Below, piece after piece: positions 1-7,043 of a stretch of DNA of 31,459 nucleotides (its first letter is position 1; each line of letters starts with the position of its first letter). Location: NCBI GenBank assembly GCA_043804695.1, contig JAZDIV010000056.1:1-31459 (forward strand), given 5' to 3'. The notes beneath the pieces were generated by a model that saw only the letters and a program-made list of their open reading frames with translations, was not told the origin of the DNA and did no database searches. The stretch is from PVC group bacterium (GTDB taxonomy: Bacteria; Auribacterota; Erginobacteria; Erginobacterales; Erginobacteraceae). Both the position numbers and the translations under genes were made by a program.

Positions 1-1735
1 CGGCGGAATCTTTTTCTTTCATGAAATAGCGGAGCTTCTCCACGCGCACTTTAAAGACGCGGGTGGGCAAAGACTCCTCCGGTTTAGGGGCAACCCCCTC
101 CGGCTTCATCTTGAAGTACTCGAAATTATTCCAGTGGTCGATAACCAGGAAGTTTCTCTTCTCCCGGCACCATTCCTTCAGGGCGGCGGGTTCAAGGGTC
201 CTGGTCCCCCGCCCAATCATCTGCCAGAACTTGATCTTGCTGAAGACCGGCTTGGCGAAGACAAGGTTGACGACTTCCCGGATATCGACCCCGGTATCGA
301 GCATATCGACCGATATCGCCACCAGCGGGAAGCGGTTGTTTTCGAAACGGGAAAGAAAGGTATCCGCCCGGGCGTCGTCGCAGGTGATGACTTCCGCCAG
401 GCGGCCTTTATAGCTCGGGTAAAGCCGGTCGAAGGTCTCCAGGAGACGGTAGGCGTGATTCTTGGTCATGGCGAAGATGATAGTCTTTCCCGGCAATACT
501 CCGGACTCGTCTTTCTGGCAGACTTCCATGAACTCCCGGACCATGGCTTCATGTGTCCCGGTATTGGTGAAACGCTTCTCGAATTCCGTTCCTTCGAAGT
601 TGAGTTCGTCGAGAGTCCGGCCTTCTTCGACTAACTTTTTCTTTACCGCGGGCGGGATCTGGTCTTCCCGGACGCCTTTAATCTGAAAAGACGTCTTGGC
701 ATGATAGGGGATGAACGGAACCAGCCATTTCTCATCGACGGCGGTCTGGTAATCGTAGTTGAAGGTGGGCGCTTTTTCCGGGCAGTCGAAGAATCGGAAA
801 GTGTCTCGGTCCACCCAGTCGGATGGCGTGGCGGTCAAGCCGACCTGGATGGCATCGAAATAGGTCAGTACGTCCTTCCATTTATTATAGATCGAGCGAT
901 GACATTCATCGGAGATGACCAGATCGAAGAAGCCGGGAGAGATCTCCCGATAACACTCCATCATGGTCTGGATCGTCGCCGCGTAGAGACGCTTATTCTT
1001 ATCGAAGCGGCCTGACTTGACTTTCCCGCAGGCCTCGGTAAAAAATCCCTGAAAACCTCTCAGGCCATAGGCCTGGTCCCGGAGCATCTTTCGGTCAGCC
1101 AGAAAGAGGACCGTATTGATCCATCGGGCCCGGATCAGGGCATCGATCAGAGCCATGGCGGTCCGGGTCTTGCCGGTCCCCGTCGCCATGACCAGCAGGA
1201 ACGTGCGAAATCCCTTTTCCAGGCCGTTGAAGACCCGCTTGATCGCCTCCGCCTGATAATCCCGGTCGGCAATCTCCGGATTGATCTGGATTGCCGAGAG
1301 AGGACGCCGGGAGCAACGCTGATAGTCGAGACGCTCCAGATCATCACGCTCAAAAAATCCCCGAACAATACGAGGAGGATACCGGAGGCGGTCCCAGAAC
1401 CAGATGTCCTCTCCATTGGCGAGAAAGATGAAAGGATCAAAGTCATATTCAGCTTTAATATTGTCCGCATAACCGGCGGCCTGAGTCTGTCCGGACCGGG
1501 GGTTTTTACTGGTCCGTTTGGCTTCGATGAGGGCCAACGGTTTTCGGTCTCGCCCATAAAGAAGATAATCGGCGAATTCTTTATTCGGATATAACTCTGT
1601 GGTGGGGCCGGAAATATTTTTACCCCATCTCCTCTCCATCTCGAACTCGACACTGACCTCGGCGGGATTCTTGACGTGCCAGTTCCGTAAGTCGAGCAAT
1701 CGATCCAGTTCTTTCCTGACTTCCGCTTCGTGCAT
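1..1735 (-). CDS. hsdR: Type I restriction enzyme R subunit (EcoEI/EcoKI-like HsdR), 3' end truncated by the window edge
   Basis: Manual minus-strand translation from ATG 1735 (MHEAEVRKELDRLL). Nuclease motif ADYLL...IEAK, Walker A MATGTGKT, DECHRS, GLTATP, VDMLDTGVD and WQMIGRGTR are all present. Not in the ORF track because there is no stop inside the window. Confidence 0.93.
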   Translation of the reverse strand, partial: MHEAEVRKELDRLLDLRNWHVKNPAEVSVEFEMERRWGKNISGPTTELYPNKEFADYLLYGRDRKPLALIEAKRTSKNPRSGQTQAAGYADNIKAEYDFDPFIFLANGEDIWFWDRLRYPPRIVRGFFERDDLERLDYQRCSRRPLSAIQINPEIADRDYQAEAIKRVFNGLEKGFRTFLLVMATGTGKTRTAMALIDALIRARWINTVLFLADRKMLRDQAYGLRGFQGFFTEACGKVKSGRFDKNKRLYAATIQTMMECYREISPGFFDLVISDECHRSIYNKWKDVLTYFDAIQVGLTATPSDWVDRDTFRFFDCPEKAPTFNYDYQTAVDEKWLVPFIPYHAKTSFQIKGVREDQIPPAVKKKLVEEGRTLDELNFEGTEFEKRFTNTGTHEAMVREFMEVCQKDESGVLPGKTIIFAMTKNHAYRLLETFDRLYPSYKGRLAEVITCDDARADTFLSRFENNRFPLVAISVDMLDTGVDIREVVNLVFAKPVFSKIKFWQMIGRGTRTLEPAALKEWCREKRNFLVIDHWNNFEYFKMKPEGVAPKPEESLPTRVFKVRVEKLRYFMKEKDSA

Positions 1736-1736
1736 T

Positions 1737-2447
1737 TTAAAATTCCACCAATCTTTCCAATCGCATACTCAGGCAGTGGTTCCCGGCCACAACAACATGA
1801 TCGAGCACTTTAATATCGACTGTCTTAAGCGCTTTAATCAATTTCCTGGTGATGCTGATATCTCGGTCGGTAGCTTTCAAGAGGCCGGAAGGGTGATTAT
1901 GGGCGATGATGATCGAATAAGCATTTTTTTCCAATGCCCGCTTGGCAACTTCCCGGGGATAAACGGCCGATTCGTTAAGAGTCCCCTGGAAGAGGTCTTC
2001 ATCATCGATCAACTGATTGCCGGCAGTGAGGTATAATACTTTGAAGACTTCTTTTTTATACGCTCCCATGGCGGTTTGAAGATAATCAAAAACAGCCTGC
2101 GGATTCTGAAAAGTCATTACCCCGCTCTTCTTCAGGTTATCGCGCAATTGCCGCTTGATAATCTCCAGAGCAGCCATCAGCTGGGTGATTTTGGCCGGCC
2201 CCATGCCCTTGACTTTTTTCAGCTCTTTTTCAGGAGCGCGCAGAAGGCCGCTCAGGCCCCCGAATCGATCCAGCAACTCTCGGGCGAGATGAACCGCGTC
2301 TTTTCCGGCGGTGCCCGTGCGGAGAAGAATGGCGATTAAAGCGGCGTCGGAGAGATGATCGGGTCCTTGTTCCAGAAGTACCTCCCGAGGCCGTTCATGT
2401 ACCGGCCAGGTTTTAATCGGTTCCCGGATTTGCGCGACTTTCTTCAT
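1737..2447 (-). CDS. radC: RadC family JAB/MPN domain protein
   Basis: ERPRE...LSDAALIAILLRTG, HhH segment VKGMGPAK, GTLNESAVYPRE, AHNHPSG, VLDHVVV. Start moved to MKKVAQ (2447) to match the family N-terminus. Confidence 0.93.
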   Translation of the reverse strand: MKKVAQIREPIKTWPVHERPREVLLEQGPDHLSDAALIAILLRTGTAGKDAVHLARELLDRFGGLSGLLRAPEKELKKVKGMGPAKITQLMAALEIIKRQLRDNLKKSGVMTFQNPQAVFDYLQTAMGAYKKEVFKVLYLTAGNQLIDDEDLFQGTLNESAVYPREVAKRALEKNAYSIIIAHNHPSGLLKATDRDISITRKLIKALKTVDIKVLDHVVVAGNHCLSMRLERLVEF

Positions 2448-2448
2448 A

Positions 2449-2475
2449 TAAATTAGCGCCTCCGGCGCTAATTTA
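2449..2475. repeat. 12-bp-stem hairpin immediately upstream of radC
   Basis: taaattagcgcc-tcc-ggcgctaattta; similar to the hairpin at 10555-10581. Confidence 0.75.
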
Positions 2476-2622
2476 GAAGAATTGGAGTGAATTGTACTTT
2501 TTAAACTTGTAGCAGACCGATAATTATCCAAGAATTAGTTTGAATGCAACTGCTCAATAAACAACGGTAAGCCCTTGGCATAACAAAACTAAACAAAATA
2601 TTTTTTCCTGGTTGCTTTTTCG

Positions 2623-2686
2623 CCTGTTTCGGAATTTCAATAATCGGATTTTCCCGATTATTGAAATTCCGAAACAGGAACTTAGC
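2623..2686. repeat. 25-bp-stem palindromic element, copy 1
   Basis: cctgtttcggaatttcaataatcgg-attttc-ccgattattgaaattccgaaacagg plus tail aacttagc; near-identical copy at 10621-10682. Confidence 0.9.
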
Positions 2687-2701
2687 GCCTTCGGCGCAAC
2701 T

Positions 2702-2758
2702 TCGTAGCGGCGACCTTCAGGTCGCCATATTATGGCAGCCTGAAGGCTGCCGCTACGA
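2702..2758. repeat. GTAG-type REP doublet (REPIN-like)
   Basis: gtagc-ggcgaccttcaggtcgcc, 7-nt spacer, then inverted ggcagcctgaaggctgcc-gctac. Confidence 0.75.
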
Positions 2759-2951
2759 CATTTATTGAAATTCCGAAACAGTAAATTAGCTCCCGGAGTC
2801 TACCGCGATGAAATCGGGGGTCGCAAATTTATATATTAAGTACATTTTGCTAAAGTAAAGATAATAGGAAAACGATTAGAGAATCAGTTTGGGTCCACAT
2901 GAAGTTTTGTCCATGAGTTTTTGCCGATTTTCGGCGCGGGGGGCTTGTAAC

Positions 2952-3806
2952 CTATTGATTCTTATGGTATTCCGCCAAAGTGGTGCGGAATGCACCACTT
3001 TCCATTAAGACATTCAGAAGCTTGACGAGCTCTTGAGCTCGGGTCAGATTGGTGTAGTTGATGGTCAGCTTGCTCTTCTTGACCAGGTCGGCGATCTCGA
3101 TCTCGCTCCCCAGAAGAACCTTGATTTTGGGATCTTGCTCGGCGATCTGCATCAACAGCTCCCGGTCGCCGCTCAGCCATTTCTCGTCCAGGTGGTTGGC
3201 CAGTTCCCGGATCCGGGCTGACTTCAGCTTGTCACGAATGATCGCATTAAACAGCTTGAGCATCGCTTTTTTATCGGGTAGCCGGTAAAACGATTCAAGA
3301 TAGGCCTTCTTAATGGTCCCATCCTCGAACCCCTTTATTATCTCCGGAGGGAATTTATCGAAGATGCCGATCGAGCGGACGACCGAGGTGTGGGACTTCC
3401 CTACCATCGAGGCCAGCTCCCGGTAGCTCTTGAAGTAGCCGGTCTCCCAGGCCAACTTATAGCCCTTGGCCTTCTCGAAGGGGGTGAGGTCTTCCCGGTT
3501 CTCGTTGATCGCCACCTGGCGGCGGACCGCCTCCTTCGGCGACATCTCCTCCACGATGGCCGGGATGGTAATCCATTTTTGACCTTCCTTCTCGTAGAGG
3601 GAACAGTAGGCGCGGTAACGCCGCTCCCCGTCCACCAGTTCATATTTCTCCTTCCCCACCGGGCGGACGATGATCCGGACCAGTAAACCGGAGGTGAGGA
3701 TGGACACGGCGAGCTTATTGAGGGCTTTTTCGTCAATACTCTGGACACGGATATGGTCCTTCGGAATGGAGATCGCGTTCAGGGGAATATCTTGCAGCGT
3801 TTCCAT
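2952..3806 (-). CDS. ParB/RepB/Spo0J family protein (orphan, no adjacent parA)
   Basis: YELVDGERRYRA CTP-binding arginine patch, NENREDLTPFEKA, HTH SYRELASMVGKSHTSVVR; SD AAGGAG upstream. Confidence 0.88.
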   Translation of the reverse strand: METLQDIPLNAISIPKDHIRVQSIDEKALNKLAVSILTSGLLVRIIVRPVGKEKYELVDGERRYRAYCSLYEKEGQKWITIPAIVEEMSPKEAVRRQVAINENREDLTPFEKAKGYKLAWETGYFKSYRELASMVGKSHTSVVRSIGIFDKFPPEIIKGFEDGTIKKAYLESFYRLPDKKAMLKLFNAIIRDKLKSARIRELANHLDEKWLSGDRELLMQIAEQDPKIKVLLGSEIEIADLVKKSKLTINYTNLTRAQELVKLLNVLMESGAFRTTLAEYHKNQ

Positions 3807-3935
3807 CTTTCATCTCCTTCGATAGATCTCAACTTCTCGATTATCTTCTCCCGCTCCTCCCAACCCTTGTTCTTTTCCCGATCAATTATCCGGTCCCTTT
3901 AAATACTTGACAGTGAATAAGTACTGCATGCATTT

Positions 3936-3963
3936 ATTATAAATGAATTCCACTTTCTGTCCA
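3936..3963 (-). promoter_or_regulatory. Putative sigma70 promoter for the ParB gene
   Basis: Minus strand TGGACA-16 nt-TATAAT in an AT-rich stretch about 130 nt upstream of the ATG. Confidence 0.4.
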
Positions 3964-4076
3964 TACGCTTTTGAATATTGGATTTTATGGTCAGTGTCCC
4001 GGGATTTCCCCATTTTTGGGTCACACTTTTTCTGCCGGGTGCACGGGCAAGAGTCCGGGGGTACGAGGGTGACGGT

Positions 4077-4320
4077 GGTTAGCTCATGAACTGATTCACC
4101 CGTGGCATGAAGCCACGGGGGTCTTTGGGGTATGCTGACGCTGGTTAGCTGATGAACTCATTCACCCGTGACACAAGGTCACGGGGGTTTTTATCGGGGG
4201 CCGGGTTAGCTGATGAACTGATTCACCCGTGGCATAAAGCCACGGGGGTCTTTGGTGAGGGGGCAGTGTTGTAGCGGGTGAACTGATCCACCTGCTCCGG
4301 TAAAACCGGAGCAGGGGTTT
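4077..4320. repeat. Tandem array of four ~50-bp hairpin-containing units with short unique spacers
   Basis: Units at 4077-4126, 4143-4192, 4204-4253 and a divergent one at 4269-4320. Consensus GGTTAGCTGATGAACTGATTCACCCGTGGC-N5-GCCACGGGGGTCTTT; spacers 16, 11 and 15 nt. Confidence 0.92.
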
Positions 4321-4327
4321 GGGGCGA

Positions 4328-5173
4328 TCAGGGGGTGGCGGCGTCCTGCTCGGCGCGCTCGCGGCGGATTTCCTGATACCGTTTGTCCCGGCGCCGGAGG
4401 CACTCCTCGCCGGTGGCGGCGCTCTCGGGGTCGTTCCACATGGCGTCGAACTCGGCCATGAAGTCGTCGACCAGGTGCTTCTCCTCCGGGCCGGAGAAGA
4501 TCATGATGTTCTCCAGGTTCTTGATCTCGGCCGAGCTTGACCAGTTGTAGCTCCCCGTGATCATGGTCTCCCGGTTGACGACCGCCGCCTTGTGGTGCCA
4601 GATGTTGGATTTCTGGTGGAAGTGGTCGTAGGCGGGCTTCCCTTCCTGCTCGTTCCAGGACCAGCCGGGATAGTAGTGGTACTTGACCTCGATGTTGGGG
4701 ATCGGCTTTCCCCGGAACTGGCTCATGAAGACCTTTATCTTCTTCTCGATCGCCTCCTCCCTCTTCACCTTTCCCTCCTCCTCCTCGTCTTCCATGTACT
4801 CGGTTTCCCGGATCGCTTCGGCCCGGTACTTCTCCGGGTCCCCGCTGATGATGTTTTCCAGGTAGGGGATGACCGAGAACGGAGACTCCAGCATGGAGAG
4901 ATTGGCCAGCACCCGGATCTTCACGTTCGGGTAGTCCCGTCCGATCCGGAGCAGTTCGTCGGCCAAGCGGCGCGAGGTGAAGCTGAAGATGGCCACGTCG
5001 ATGGACCCACCCGGGGCCTCCCGCGAATCGGGCGCCGCTTCCTTGAATCGGTAGATGATCTCATCGACCAGGGGACGGGTGCTGTTGAAGACGACCTCAA
5101 CCTCCGCGGAAAGAGGCGGCGCGATCAGCCAGTACAGGGACAGCAGCAGCGTCAGAACGACCGGGGTTCTCAT
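4328..5173 (-). CDS. Secreted phospholipase D-like (Nuc-type, single HKD) protein
   Basis: Signal-peptide-like MRTPVVLTLLLSLYWLIAPPLSA, IDVAIFSFT, HHKAAVVN...TGSYNWS...NLEN; ATG overlaps the upstream stop (ATGA 5170-5173). Confidence 0.85.
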   Translation of the reverse strand: MRTPVVLTLLLSLYWLIAPPLSAEVEVVFNSTRPLVDEIIYRFKEAAPDSREAPGGSIDVAIFSFTSRRLADELLRIGRDYPNVKIRVLANLSMLESPFSVIPYLENIISGDPEKYRAEAIRETEYMEDEEEEGKVKREEAIEKKIKVFMSQFRGKPIPNIEVKYHYYPGWSWNEQEGKPAYDHFHQKSNIWHHKAAVVNRETMITGSYNWSSSAEIKNLENIMIFSGPEEKHLVDDFMAEFDAMWNDPESAATGEECLRRRDKRYQEIRRERAEQDAATP

Positions 5174-5850
5174 TTCTCTCCGCCCTCCCCCGGACCTATC
5201 CGTTGGCGTCCCATCGCCCACAGCCGGTCGAACTCCTCCTGGAACGCTCTCACCACTTCGGGGCAGTTCCAGAAGAAGAACCGGTTCTCGTGGTAGAACA
5301 GCGTGGCCAGCCGGCTGATGTTGGCCGAACCGTTATAGCAGTCGGTGCCGTCAAAGATCCCAAACTTTTCGTGCATGGTTTTGAAGGGTATCCCGGTCAG
5401 TTGCTCGGTCTTTTCGGGATCGAGCACCTTCACCTCGATCATCGGCCGTTCTTTCGCCAGGTCCTCGACCATCGGGTCGATGATCGGTTTTTCGGTCGCG
5501 AAGTCGGCGATCGATTCGTCGAGAAAGAGCCGGATTTTTACACCCCGGCGGTTGGCATTCAGGAGTTCAAAATACTCGTCCGAACGGTTATCCAGGATGT
5601 AGGAGGCGATGTCGATCGTCTTTTTCGCCCGGCGGATCATGTCCACCAGGGGGTTGCTCATGTTGCCCGCGGCCGGCTTCTCGTTGGCCAGGTCCGGCTG
5701 GAGCAACACAACCTTCTTGTTGTAATTCTGCGGAGCCAGTCCCCCCGTGGGGCCGAAGTAGACCTCCATCCGGCAGGGCGGAGACGACTCCCCGGCAAAC
5801 ACCGGAAGCGTCACCAGCACAATAAACAGGATGAATAAAACAGCCTTCAT
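5170..5850 (-). CDS. Secreted phospholipase D-like (Nuc-type, single HKD) protein
   Basis: Signal-peptide-like MKAVLFILFIVLVTLPVFA, AKKTIDIASY, MHEKFGIFDG...NGSANIS...HEN, C-terminal FQEEFDRLW. Confidence 0.85.
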   Translation of the reverse strand: MKAVLFILFIVLVTLPVFAGESSPPCRMEVYFGPTGGLAPQNYNKKVVLLQPDLANEKPAAGNMSNPLVDMIRRAKKTIDIASYILDNRSDEYFELLNANRRGVKIRLFLDESIADFATEKPIIDPMVEDLAKERPMIEVKVLDPEKTEQLTGIPFKTMHEKFGIFDGTDCYNGSANISRLATLFYHENRFFFWNCPEVVRAFQEEFDRLWAMGRQRIGPGEGGEK

Positions 5851-5900
5851 GCCAATACAATCATATCGAATTGCCGTTACCTCTCCAAGATATTTTTCGC

Positions 5901-5939
5901 AGCAGTAAATCAGCTCCCTGCGGTCGCTGATTTACTGCT
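5901..5939. repeat. 14-bp-stem hairpin
   Basis: agcagtaaatcagc-11 nt-gctgatttactgct. Confidence 0.7.
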
Positions 5940-5960
5940 TCGAAATTTCAATGAAGTATT

Positions 5961-6024
5961 TGTGGGAGAGGTTTTTAACCTCGATCAGGGAAGCCGCGAA
6001 TCGGGGTTGGAAACCCCTCCCACA
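5961..6024. repeat. GTGG-type REP doublet
   Basis: tgtgggagaggtttttaacctcgat ... atcggggttggaaacccctcccaca in inverted orientation, each half with an internal palindrome. Confidence 0.7.
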
Positions 6025-6041
6025 GAAGTTAGCCCAAAGCT

Positions 6042-6734
6042 CTAATTTATATCCAGGAAAGAGCCAAATCGCTCGAGAGCGGTCCCCGTCGGCTTCCCGT
6101 TCTTCTCCAGGTAAGCGACGACCGGCGGTTCATCCGTCCGGATATAGGGATTGATTTTCCTTTCCGCACCGATGGTAGAGACGACGGGCGGCGGCCTGTA
6201 CGCCGACTGAAAATGCCTGATATCCTCGTTCTCCGGCTCGATCAGCATCGCCCTCCTGAGCGAGCGATCGGTGTAATCGTGCCCGGGGTAGATCACTGTC
6301 TCATCCGGCAGCGCGAGCAGCCGGGCGAGCGATTCCCGGAAGGCCCGGAGAAGCCCCGAACTGCAGTTCCCCGCGTTGGCGATGAAGAGGGTGTCCCCTG
6401 TGATCACCCAGCCGTTGTGTCGGAAAGAGACCGAGTCCGGGGTATGCCCCGGCGTCGGGATCACCTCGATCACGTCGTCTCCCAGGGAGAAGCGTTCCCC
6501 CCCACTTGAGGGGACTGCCCGGACACCGAATTCAGCCGCCAGACCACGGTTGCCCGAGGTGTGATCGAAATGGGAATGGGTGTTCCGGATCTCTTTCAGA
6601 CGGAGACCGTGTTTGCGAAGGTACCCCGCCGCGAAACCGGGATTGCCCGGATCGATGGCGATCGCTTCCTTCGTGTCGTGAACCAGGTAGCCGAGATTGT
6701 CGCCGCCGTACCCGAATTGTACCACCTGCAGCAT
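6042..6734 (-). CDS. gloB: Hydroxyacylglutathione hydrolase (glyoxalase II), metallo-beta-lactamase fold
   Basis: DNLGYL, THSHFDHTSGN (HxHxDH), PGHT, TGDTLF, PGHDYT, STIGAERKINPY; SD GGAGG. Confidence 0.85.
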   Translation of the reverse strand: MLQVVQFGYGGDNLGYLVHDTKEAIAIDPGNPGFAAGYLRKHGLRLKEIRNTHSHFDHTSGNRGLAAEFGVRAVPSSGGERFSLGDDVIEVIPTPGHTPDSVSFRHNGWVITGDTLFIANAGNCSSGLLRAFRESLARLLALPDETVIYPGHDYTDRSLRRAMLIEPENEDIRHFQSAYRPPPVVSTIGAERKINPYIRTDEPPVVAYLEKNGKPTGTALERFGSFLDIN

Positions 6735-6773
6735 CTGTTTCCTCCTTGTCTGTCCATCCCATCTCTGGGATAA

Positions 6774-6923
6774 TTATTAGTCAGTCCATAATTGTATGGA
6801 CATGTCATTGCGAGAGGCGTAGCGACGAAGCAATCTCAACTATATGCACAGCAAGAGATTGCTTCGCTGCGCTCGCAATGACCGCAATCCTTGCTGTAAA
6901 TACTACAACGGTCGGATTAATAA
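6774..6923 (+). mobile_element. 150-bp MITE-like element with GTCATTGCGAG palindromic core, copy 1
   Basis: 146/150 identical to the reverse complement of 26722-26871; imperfect terminal inverted repeats TTATTAGTCAGTCC / TTATTAATCCGACC. Confidence 0.8.
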
Positions 6924-6927
6924 CTTT

Positions 6928-7015
6928 ACCACTGAGAGCACGGAGAACACGGAGGTTTATCTGGGAATTTATATCCATTAAACATTCTTCATTCACACTC
7001 CGTGATCTCTGTGGT
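6928..7015. repeat. Imperfect inverted repeat built of CACGGAG-type units
   Basis: accactgagagcacggagaacacggag ... ctccgtgatctctgtggt. Confidence 0.65.
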
Positions 7016-7043
7016 TTACTAATTATCCGGGAGAGGAACTGCA

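Noticed and set aside
63..2339. Plus-strand and alternate-frame ORFs over hsdR and radC
   Set aside because: They are shadows of motif-supported minus-strand genes.
2623..2678. parS site for the adjacent ParB
   Set aside because: Only the TGTTTC/GAAACA ends resemble parS; the halves are about 40 bp apart and the element recurs next to eno.
4077..4320. CRISPR array
   Set aside because: Repeats are about 50 bp and degenerate, spacers are only 11-16 nt and uneven, and there are no cas genes in the window.
4077..4320. Integron attC array, TIGR array or IS200/IS605 ends
   Set aside because: GTTAGC and AAC are not placed symmetrically around the stem as in attC. TGATGA/CTGA boxes are present but adjacent, the period is 61-66 nt, and no Nop-domain gene is seen. 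There is no tnpA/tnpB, and the sequence after TTCA is conserved rather than variable.
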